A DNA stretch of 64,000 nucleotides from a virus (taxonomy: Duplodnaviria; Caudoviricetes), in IMG/VR virus record IMGVR_UViG_3300018413_000007, positions 14,364 to 78,363 of that record; one strand, 5' to 3'. This document shows, one piece after another, positions 40,501 to 47,500 of this stretch (positions within the stretch are counted from its first letter, which is position 1; each line of letters begins with the position of its first letter). The position numbers and the translations under genes are program-made. The notes beneath the pieces were generated by a model. That model did not search any database and was not told the DNA's origin. It was given only the letters and a program-made list of their open reading frames with translations.

Positions 40501-43500
40501 GGTTGCTGCTAATACGTCTCCATTCACTACTGATTTCACATACGATGTTGCAGATTGTGAAAGAGACACGAAGTTTATTTTAGATGGTATTTCACATGAC
40601 ATCAAGTACGGCGGTAACTCATCTTCAAGATTGAGTGCAATTGCCTACTTCGATAATGCAACATCTCAGGTACCAGGTGAAGAGGCTCAGACAATTGCTG
40701 CATTCGGGCAATTGAAGACCATCGTAAATCAGATCGTGACTACGGCTCCCGAACAGACAAGGGTAAATGATCTGATTGATATCACAATCAATGTTTTGAT
40801 TGCAGGAAGTACTGCAGGTATGCCTGCTGAGGTCGATATCGATGTCACTGGTCTGGATACTACAGAATATGATCAGTTTACTGGGAATCAAGCTAGTATT
40901 ATATCAGACACTATCACATTTGTCAACACTAATTATGCAACGTATGATATCGCTGACTGTGAAAGAGACACAGGATATATTCTTGATGCAATTTCTCACG
41001 ATGTGAAATACGGAGGTAATATTGGATCAAGGGCATCTGCTCGAGCATATTTTGATGGAGCAGTCAATCAGCTAGGAAGTGCTGCTGAGACAACTGCATC
41101 AATCGGTGCTTATACAGAATTAAAGACTTTGGTTAGAGATATTCTGGTAGCAGATCCTATCGCTACCACTACAGAGGCAGACGAATGTGATGCATTAATT
41201 GATATCATCATCGATGTATTGAATGATGGCAATTTGGATAATCTCCCTGCAGAGGTTGAGATTGTCACCACTGGATATACAACTACAGAATATGATGATA
41301 TCACTGCCAACCAGACATCTATCATTGCCAACTCCATTGTTTATGCAAATAATAATTGGCCGAATGGACTTGGATATGATGCTGCCAAGTGTGAGAGAGA
41401 TGTAGGTTATCTGCTTGATTGTGTATCATTCGACCTTCAGCACGGTGGCAACAGTGCGACCATCCAAGATGCTGAAATGTATTTCACAAATGCATACACT
41501 GTGAATACACTACCAGAGAATCAAAGAAGAGCTTCAGAAAGAGCATTTGCTCATTTGGCTGAGGTGACACGCCAGGTCGTAAATGCCGAGACTGTCACTC
41601 CATCGCCAGGTAACCCAGAATCACAGATCGTGGGCGTAACTGCTGGTACAGAGGCTGCAGATAGATCGAAGGTACTGGTCAATATCACCACAAATGTTGT
41701 CGGTGCTGCTAGTCTATCCGGTCTGCCTGCTGAAGAAGAGCCTGATACTGCTGCATATGATGCTGTATATGTATCTGCATTTAATGCTATCGAAGCAATA
41801 ATACCCACGGTTCAGAAAGATGTAATCACGTATCTTGCTAGAGAATGGAATGGTTTGGGTTATGATCAGGCCAAGTGCTTCAGAGATACTGGATATGTGG
41901 TCGATGCTATTTCACACGATATTCAATATAAGGGTAATGCAGCTACATGGAATGCGGCTCAAATATATTTCGTAAACGCAGTAAATCTGCTTCCATATGA
42001 TCAGAGAGAGCCTACAAAACTTGCATGGATGCGTCTTGCAGAGGTCGTAGAAAAAGTCGTGCAGCTCCAGGCGGTAACACCAACTCCTGGCAATACTGTC
42101 GCACAGATTACTACCGGTATCACAGGCAACCCATTGATCGGTGAGAGAGCCAAAGAATTGGGTATGTACATTGCCAATATCGTAGACGATCCAGATGATT
42201 CCAAATTACCACTACGTGATGAGCCGGATTACGATTGGGTCGCCTCTAATTATACTGCTGATGTAGATGCAATAGAGGCTCAGGCTGCGACAATCTCTAC
42301 CGGTGTTATCGATTATATCGCAAAGAATTGGAATGGCCTGAGTTATATCGAAAAGAGTTGCCGACGAGATGTTGGTTTCATTGTCGACGCGATATCACAC
42401 GACGTTCAATATGGTGGAAATAGAGCCACTCGTATCAATGCACAAATTTACTTTGAAAACGCTATCAGTGTTCTCCCAGTATCAACACGGCGACAGACTG
42501 CAGATACCTACGAATATCTAGGTCTGTTGGTAAGAGATATCGTCCAAGGTATCGACACACAAGATACACAATACACGACTACAGCACAAGATTTCACGGG
42601 TGATAATTCTAATTCTTCAGAAGGGGCCCGTGCTCAAGATCTCGTGCAGATTATTGAAAGTGTAATTCGTGAAGATAATCTTGATGTTCTGGTTTCTCAG
42701 GTAGAGCCAGATCTTTCTTGGGTCGATGCAGAATTGGTAACTCTCGGAACGACAATCGATAACAATGACACAGTCCTTGCCGATCGAATGATAGAGTTCA
42801 TCAACAAAGAATTCGATGTCCTTGATTACGATAGAGACAAGTGTTATAGAGATTCTGGTTACCTACTCGATGCATTCAGCTGGGATTTGAACTACAATTC
42901 TAATTTGGCTTCAAGATGGAATGCAGACTTCTATTTCTGGAATAACATTTTGAGATTGCCAGAAGAGCAACGTGAACCTACTGGTCGATCGTACAGAGAG
43001 TTGGGTGAGATTTGCGCCAGAGCACTGAAAGGTGAGCTCGAGGGGCAGGTGCTCAATAGTGGATTCCCAAGTGAAGTTGAGGTCGAGAAAGTCAAGGATT
43101 TGGCTAACATTTTCTATCTCACTTTGTATAATAACACACCTAAGAATCTTCCTGTCAAGATACAGCCGGATGAAGCATGGATGGGTGATATCTACCTCGA
43201 TGCGAAGGCCGCGCTTACTGCCAAGAGAATCGATCTTGCCAAGGATGTTGTAAGATGGGTCGGGGCTACATACAGATTCGTAGATGAATATCTGACCAGA
43301 AGAGATGCCGGAAACCTCATTCAGGCTATGGTAAATGACTTCAAGTATGTGAATACAGCATTGGCCACACCTGGCGGATACTCAGGGCCTGGTTATGGTT
43401 CATCTTTCGCTACACTGACCTACTCTGCATCGTTCTTCGATCAGGAAGGTAAGATCGTATTCCCAGTATTCAATCCATCCGACGCATATCCAAACTTGAT

Positions 43501-44107
43501 ATTCAAGGGTGTATTAGAAAATACCGGAGCATTACCTTCTACCGGCCAGAGACCAAATTGGGCATATATTGTATCTACGGCATATGCAGTTAATCACTGG
43601 GAGGGAGATATATACTTCTGGGATGGCATTGGCTATCAAAATGCTGGGGCTAACAATACAGATCTGCTCGATGCGTTCACTGGATGTTGGGATAGAATGC
43701 AAAATTATATCACAACAAACCTGACGCCTGACCCAGATCATACTCTGATGGTAAATACATTAATATCAGAGGCCTTAAAAGATAACATTTTAAGACCAGA
43801 TTCACTAGTATTCGGATCGTTGGTTGAATCTATTGCTCACCAGTTCAACGGTGCATCGGCAGGCGTTAACAGAAACGCGCTTCCTTTGAACTTCAGAAAC
43901 CTGGGTAGTGCAATCTCGGCCTTGGCATCTGTCCAATATGAAGATGGTGGTCGAATTAGATGGTCGGGTTCAGACGAATTGAACAACCAGTACTTCGCCC
44001 GAGGATTAAGGATTAATGGTCGAACAGGACGAATCGAAGGACGACCATTTACATCTTCAGTACGTAAACTTGCAAGACGTGCTTCTCAAAGTCGCGCGTC
44101 AATCTAG
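31574..44107 (+). CDS. Giant virion structural protein (4177 aa): pentapeptide-like solenoid, pectin-lyase-like beta-helix, 19-20 helical Cys-x-Arg-Asp repeats
   Basis: A single open frame behind a late promoter and among fibre genes; domain architecture read from the translation. Confidence 0.85.
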   Translation: MAKISELGSITGANTRSEDLFVIVNLIQGDDGTKNITRKELVEAIQYEIFSRIRITGGQISGVTIFDSLIRNVTITDSIMEDSIIRRSTFRDGTLQDSVALRLDIRDSTFTDGEITDSTADNVAITDSTFTDGAIFDSTGNNMIITNSEFNDGTGNNVTLTNSVIDQSLFSNGDIEDSNANNLVITNSTFIDGAIFDSVANNVDISASTFTDGAIFDSTANNVTITQSLFTDGDITDSNANNIVITQSEFLNGNLADSTANNLSIGFSTFTDGTIEYSEILESSFTLGEISDSTATDIIMDNSVIFNSTGNNNIFSESALVNSTVNTSIITQSEFNDGTANNVVFSQGELLNSTGDNLDIDNSDFSNGTGSNNLFTSTTLDDSLITNSTILTTDFREGTISETTLTNTVILDSDMQDSTIETSFFANGTVDDSLVTNARFIEGELEDFEMDLKEVFDPNIHEESWFALKNFQTGKTEKITYKQFYDELAKSVSQALKIHVDVSHGRDEWPGSMLQPVKSLERACELALEKAGGKFDRNDVNNAVHISVGPGTYYTKGNLAIPDDCSATSTSGQYATVIEALPGYENNNCWLVGSGCYLQGFSYTNWKVDNFDFPEGGFAVAYRPGAKLRRSPYLRDSSQLSNFLRADVEPPLNPFNTKGTIADLGRQIILEPGYSGQWLFGDKVTFSSGAVGFLSWDDAADAALEIPVIPGDLVTQRKIYVRNLKNGEGFNVGDTVISESGGVGIVESIGIDDFPNPLVGRGGGCLLADRRVLDKDSLYTYVLCFGFTPRTQNGIGYVARDGAGVNGIGSLSIFTRCAFYALNGGQVTLNNSGSQFGDISMRAKGTATFYQPRQPTGTIFQNTAFGDTLVAESNNIVQDMIDHLTTPISDGGLGYEVYDSQKCERDSGIILDGVGLDIATDSNYWGRLAGITYRSPISYVVINDQQEETAGAIRYLQDRVEAIFQSNDPTINTRANTSFDATLNILENGESYADPLTFADTGVDEQTQAREILQDNKELIIENFVDWIDNNDEFFAYNSKKCRRDTEDYILPAVKYDAQLDTNYNSITAGNAYYMATARKVVEKQREETIGAYKHLKDQTNELIDSLGYLGASRVDAAFDNILDILERTGRQYTATFATYDTVAGTFTITIEDHDLTVGTSILLEEESFVFRCGSDNYIAEISHPRATDPAFNKPLPILSTTQDTITVHVGASTETSDHIYIRSNVNSISVVPNAITFSDDAGISVDRRNARKQLQANKEYIQDHIVGWINDAFFVYDDIKCARDTNLYILPAIERDLALGTNFNSVQAGIAYYQGISTKVINDQLEPTVGAWGYVKNQVAAAISGQPSLTRTDAAADEIIDIINNGLDNVDTIVWSDPASNLEYLTPSTATYDPVTGDSTLTVTNHGLTTDDWVIFAPYSFTFTCDLDGNATQHSYPRVGDANYNTPMQVTSVPTADTFVVNAGVGAGGNHTFVSVTPNAVTKVTTNSQGQYARQTIQANKAFMQQDVISYLNANYFTFDGEKCSRDTGLILDAVKRDIVSGSNYHAVYTGLAYRSGALGTETVITDQLVQTTSAINYLKSEIGAGLSGAELTRSNTAFDEIIDILNNGTGNADPYNFGTNSVSANALNARVILQLNRAFLIAEATAYVAATYPDLEYDVAKCERDTGFLIDAASWDIQHGSNVASGNNAKFYFDHAVSQLGADEVIPTANTFAHLAEIAFQIVRDRLVVPTTGNAEVQDQSQPDLGLTLASQVRNLMNITATAIGDSRDLLVPEAVEPVVETGYSDALVWINGQRARLQDDVIDVHLIPTFNGLPYKQDKCYRDVGLILDAVSKDIEYGGNASTIEAINYYFEGALGVDLKDGEPIINQVNILPLEQRVPTKLAFQHLADIADDIVRNVAVSPQGGNSIVQDTSGNAVNVATGTSVHDLIDTLAVQLAVFENPVTPTLVRPVADPNQTIARQHLQANKAFIQQEVISYLDDRYFTYNNVNCSGDTGTLMDAVKRDVLTGSNFNSIFNGLAYRAGTVSADLVVSDQLTETVGAINYIKQQTALRVEDTTAKARVDAGFNEIIDIMTNGAPSADVIVWGDNALNANRLLGRQKIQANKAFLQKEITAFLEDRYFTYDLAKCERDTGYIIDSTTLDIQLGTNFNSVQAGLAYYNATAASTIANERAQTVAAFRRLSDEIETIGIDAGVAGATVTNSLNASIEVVANIIEDANTAPSLTWSNPGIVAERTYAREQLQINRDFIIAEVIAYITEELPNYDVATCQRDIGYILDAVRRDLILNTTHNTITAGDAYLRTGSAYVLSDQKEYTIAGVERAREQVKALGLATADATIDTLFERVIDVLDGTVTTYTVPSYPLTGSGSYQTTERNTAKNQIQNNRAAIQQSVVDYIGEQFPELVYDVADCFRDSGYILDAVSHDVLYGGNSASIRAADAYFVGAASQLGPEEVAPTIQAFSFLKGKVNEFVTTTPERLRVVELIDIIIDVLAAGTTAGLPAVVEPDLTGLNTADHDAIQTAQTLIEQDVTDYITATYPIYDQAKCERDTGYIIDAISHDLQYAGNRATLAAANIYFEDGINVLPSLQRADTEDAYVHMSSVMQDIVVETVVTPTTGNAETQDVSGNAASATEATTVSELMEIIIDALTAATISEANIPARVEPDLSFVATDIQTWASNTVSATATLKSAVTDFLNRDYDNEVCERDLDYIIDGIRRDLLTGSNYNSVTNGEAYLRSTSEYLLGNQSEATAAVIQYAVDQIKGLGSVTSDATVQSLADIVIDILDGSATTTPAVTYPSNGSATYQTAQRVAASTAIQANKATIISDIQDFIQANYPNIYYDNAKCTRDLGYIIDSVRRDLILGTNHNTVTSANAYLRTSSGYPANGQSTATIAAIEFARDKLTRLPAVESIGEINDLFDRVIDVLNGSVTTFEPSTFPTTEGADYQTDDRVEAVSLIQGNKQQFAIELTTWIADQVAANTSPFTTDFTYDVADCERDTKFILDGISHDIKYGGNSSSRLSAIAYFDNATSQVPGEEAQTIAAFGQLKTIVNQIVTTAPEQTRVNDLIDITINVLIAGSTAGMPAEVDIDVTGLDTTEYDQFTGNQASIISDTITFVNTNYATYDIADCERDTGYILDAISHDVKYGGNIGSRASARAYFDGAVNQLGSAAETTASIGAYTELKTLVRDILVADPIATTTEADECDALIDIIIDVLNDGNLDNLPAEVEIVTTGYTTTEYDDITANQTSIIANSIVYANNNWPNGLGYDAAKCERDVGYLLDCVSFDLQHGGNSATIQDAEMYFTNAYTVNTLPENQRRASERAFAHLAEVTRQVVNAETVTPSPGNPESQIVGVTAGTEAADRSKVLVNITTNVVGAASLSGLPAEEEPDTAAYDAVYVSAFNAIEAIIPTVQKDVITYLAREWNGLGYDQAKCFRDTGYVVDAISHDIQYKGNAATWNAAQIYFVNAVNLLPYDQREPTKLAWMRLAEVVEKVVQLQAVTPTPGNTVAQITTGITGNPLIGERAKELGMYIANIVDDPDDSKLPLRDEPDYDWVASNYTADVDAIEAQAATISTGVIDYIAKNWNGLSYIEKSCRRDVGFIVDAISHDVQYGGNRATRINAQIYFENAISVLPVSTRRQTADTYEYLGLLVRDIVQGIDTQDTQYTTTAQDFTGDNSNSSEGARAQDLVQIIESVIREDNLDVLVSQVEPDLSWVDAELVTLGTTIDNNDTVLADRMIEFINKEFDVLDYDRDKCYRDSGYLLDAFSWDLNYNSNLASRWNADFYFWNNILRLPEEQREPTGRSYRELGEICARALKGELEGQVLNSGFPSEVEVEKVKDLANIFYLTLYNNTPKNLPVKIQPDEAWMGDIYLDAKAALTAKRIDLAKDVVRWVGATYRFVDEYLTRRDAGNLIQAMVNDFKYVNTALATPGGYSGPGYGSSFATLTYSASFFDQEGKIVFPVFNPSDAYPNLIFKGVLENTGALPSTGQRPNWAYIVSTAYAVNHWEGDIYFWDGIGYQNAGANNTDLLDAFTGCWDRMQNYITTNLTPDPDHTLMVNTLISEALKDNILRPDSLVFGSLVESIAHQFNGASAGVNRNALPLNFRNLGSAISALASVQYEDGGRIRWSGSDELNNQYFARGLRINGRTGRIEGRPFTSSVRKLARRASQSRASI
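31742..32918 (+). repeat. Acidic 5/20-residue periodic protein repeats (DSTFT DGAIF DSTAN NVTIT)
   Basis: The 20-aa unit recurs visibly across about residues 57-448. Confidence 0.8.
34150..43330 (+). repeat. Tandem ~140-160-aa helical repeats with a Y-D-x-x-K-C-x-R-D-x-G-Y-I-x-D-A core
   Basis: 19 Cys codons at 34280, 34697, 35417, 36146, 36563, 37040, 37550, 37964, 38384, 38807, 39212, 39686, 40109, 40556, 40958, 41390, 41876, 42359 and 42842, plus a degenerate 20th copy (TRRD) near 43295. Confidence 0.9.
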
Positions 44108-44108
44108 G

Positions 44109-44116
44109 TCTAAATA
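44109..44116 (+). promoter_or_regulatory. Late promoter variant TCTAAATA
   Basis: One mismatch to consensus, intergenic before 44144. Confidence 0.45.
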
Positions 44117-44143
44117 GAAAAGAGAATATAGGATCTACTACAC

Positions 44144-44569
44144 ATGGCTATAACCACAATCGCTACTTCACAGGCGCCAGACGCGAAACCAGTTGCGGTC
44201 AATAAATCGTTGTCAGTAAATTGGCAGGAATTGATTAATGTGCCTAATTATGAGGTTCCCGAATTGGTATTCGGTGGTTCGACTACTGTAGAGCCAGGTG
44301 TTGGTGAAATTATCAGTCCTTTAATTTGTTGCAATACTACAGCTAATACAGCTACAGTAGATGTGCAAGTTTTCAGATTTGATCTTACACAGACATTTTG
44401 GATCATTAGAAACTTGCAAGTTCCTGGTTATGAAACAATCCCCATTCCTCTTAATGGTCAGTTCTTAAAATCAGGAGACGTTCTGGAAGCCAAAAGTGAT
44501 GCTAATAACGCGATAGATGTTACATTATCATTCACTCTCGGTCAGTCTGAAGAAGACGATGTAGTATAA
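44144..44569 (+). CDS. Small beta-rich virion structural protein
   Basis: 141 aa, IICCNTT...VDV...IIRNLQVPGYETI.IPL...LKSGDVLEAK; lies between giant fibre genes. Confidence 0.65.
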   Translation: MAITTIATSQAPDAKPVAVNKSLSVNWQELINVPNYEVPELVFGGSTTVEPGVGEIISPLICCNTTANTATVDVQVFRFDLTQTFWIIRNLQVPGYETIPIPLNGQFLKSGDVLEAKSDANNAIDVTLSFTLGQSEEDDVV

Positions 44570-44584
44570 CCGTAGGAACCTAGA

Positions 44585-47500
44585 ATGCCAGAACAATTTC
44601 GAACTATATCCGGTAAAAATAAAACCATAGGCCAGGGAATACCCCAGGCCTTTCCCATACAGCTTGACCCTGCGCCATTCGAAGGTGCAATCGTTTATGC
44701 TGATGATGGGACACTAAAATATTCAGATGGTGTTCAGTGGTTAGATTTAGGCACAGGGCCACAGGGTGTTCAAGGACTTCAAGGTCTCCAAGGCGATCAG
44801 GGTACACAAGGTGAGTACGGCCCTGGGTTCACAATTATTGGTTCTGTTGCTGATGTCAATTCTACCGGCGATCCTCAGGCACTATTAAATGCTACTTTTC
44901 CAGGCGCAAATATCGGTGAAGGTGTTATTGATGACCTTTTAGATGAGCTGTGGATATACGACGGCACGAACTGGGTAAACATCGGTTCCTTTAGAGGTGT
45001 TCAGGGTTTCCAAGGTATTCAGGGAGATCAGGGTGTTCAGGGTCAACTTGGTGAAGAAGGCATCCAAGGGTCTCGTGGATTCATTGGTCTGCAAGGTCCA
45101 CAGGGTGTCCAAGGTGATCTCGGTATTCAAGGCCCTATTGGTTTCCAAGGTATCCAAGGATTTATCGGGCCTCAGGGCTCTCAGGGAACCCAGGGTGATC
45201 TTGGTATTCAGGGCGATGTCGGACCACAGGGTATCCAAGGCCCGCAAGGGACTCAGGGAATTCAAGGCATCCAAGGTATTCAAGGCCCTCAAGGGTTCTT
45301 AGGTCCTCAGGGGCTTCAGGGCGACCAAGGTATCCAAGGTAACCAAGGTTTACAGGGCAATACTGGCCCTCAAGGTATCCAAGGCCCACAGGGAACACAA
45401 GGATTCCAAGGACCGCAAGGTACTCAAGGATTACAGGGTAATACTGGCCCTCAAGGCATTCAAGGTTTTCAGGGTACTGATGCTATCGGTACTCAAGGTC
45501 CAACAGGTATACAGGGTAATACTGGGCCTCAAGGCATTCAAGGTAACCAAGGAACTCAAGGGAATCAGGGTATTCAAGGATTCCAAGGGCTTCAGGGAAA
45601 TCAGGGGCCACAAGGTACGCAGGGCATTCAGGGTGACCAAGGGGTTCAGGGATTGCAAGGCAACACGGGCCCACAAGGGATATCCGGGCCTCAAGGTATC
45701 CAAGGGGATCTCGGTATCCAAGGTGGAACCGGTGCTGGTGGTGCTCAGGGTGCTCAGGGAACACAGGGTAATCAAGGTATTCAAGGAAATCTTGGTAACC
45801 AAGGTGTGGAAGGATGGGCAGGAGGTCTGTCTTTCTATTGGGAATTCAGTACAAATACAACTGGTGGCCAGTTCCCCGGCCTTAATACTTGGTATTTAAA
45901 CAATTCTAACGTAACATTAGCCACAGAAATGTGGATCGATGATCTGGCGGGTTCTGGTCGAAGAATCGACGAATTGTTTAATTATCTTGATGCTATCACA
46001 TCTAGCCCGAAAGGCCAAATTATAATTCGAAGTGCCAGAGAATCAAATGGCACTTATCAGTATATCATATATGAATATACCAACTGGACTTGGTCTGTAA
46101 CAGGTACTGGTTCTGACTGGGGTAATTTTGATATCAATTTCATTGAGAGATCTGAGCTCGAAGGAACAGACGCGTTCCCAGGCACAAGTTGGAATGCTGG
46201 TGCTGTAGTACCTACTGGTGATGCTACTGCATCTATCACATTCATCCCAGCTGGTAATCAGGGTGCTCAAGGTCTTCAAGGATTCAGTGGTACACAGGGT
46301 ACTGTTGGTACTGGATTACCTCCTTTTTCATTCCTCTATAATTACAATACTGCTCAAACGACAGCCTCAGATCCAGGCCAAACATTCTTCAAAACTGATA
46401 GCAATTTCCTTTCTGGGACTCCAGAAATGTATATTGATGATCGTGATGTTGGTTTATCTAATGGTATAGAAGCTGTATTGGGTTATATGAGTCAATTACC
46501 TTCCGCTCCATACGGAAGTTTGATTTTAAGCAATGCTAATACTGCATCGGGTGATATTAATACCTGGTTCTTGGTCAATGGAATCACAGATAATACTAGC
46601 TGGTGGACATTAGACTTAGAGTGGGAATCGGGCTCGACTGACCAAACTGGCCAGGTATCAACATATGGACCAGAAAGTGTCCTTACGTTTATTCCTTCTT
46701 CTCCGGGCCTACAAGGTGTTCAGGGGCCACAAGGGGCACAAGGTCTTGGCGGTAATACAGGTGCAATCGGCCCGATGGGTGGATTGTCTTGGGAATATAA
46801 TTACGTCAATACAAATACCACTGCGTCAGATCCATCGTTCGGTAATTTAAAATTCAATAATGCTTTGTTGGCATCAGCCACGGCATTGTATATCGATGAC
46901 CTTGATGTCTATAATCAGGTATTCGATACAATCATCCCAGCCCTAAATGGGGTGAATAATACTCCTAAGGGTTATCTCACAATCGTGAGTAAAGGCTTCA
47001 GGGGATATTATGCTAAATTCTCTTATACTGCCTTTGCTGATCAGACCGGTTGGTGGACTATTAATGTTCAATTCGAATCCGGTGATTCTGATTGGACATC
47101 AATCATTGCTGCTGAAGGTAATGGCGTATACATTACATTCCAGCCTACCGGTGATGAGGGTATTCAGGGTGATACTGGTCTCCAAGGTGCTACTGGCTCA
47201 CAAGGAGCTGACGGTTCAGAAGGAAATCAAGGTACCCAGGGTATCCAAGGGCCACAAGGTAACACTGGTATTCAAGGTGTTCAGGGACAGATAGGTTCCG
47301 ATGGTGCAAGAATTTATCAGATCACCAATAACGGTAACACTGATTATGTTGTCGATGGTATCGGTGGTAACCCAGATATCATTCTGATTCGGGGATTCAC
47401 ATATAAATTCCAGATCAATGCTTCAGGGCATCCGTTCTATATCAAGACAGACCCAGGTACAGGTACTGGAGATCAGTATAATACTGGGGTCACCAATAAT

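Noticed and set aside
34150-43330. Calling the repeats bona fide cpc/apc/cpe phycobiliprotein genes
   Set aside because: They are internal repeats of a virion protein, lack recognisable N-terminal X/Y helices, and have Asp where phycobiliproteins have Arg after GY-x-L. Only fold-level similarity is claimed, pending a structure search.
44996-45823. Short DNA repeats (CAAGGTATTCAAGG-like) resembling a CRISPR or satellite array
   Set aside because: Degenerate at third codon positions, with no constant repeat/unique spacer structure; fully explained by collagen coding.
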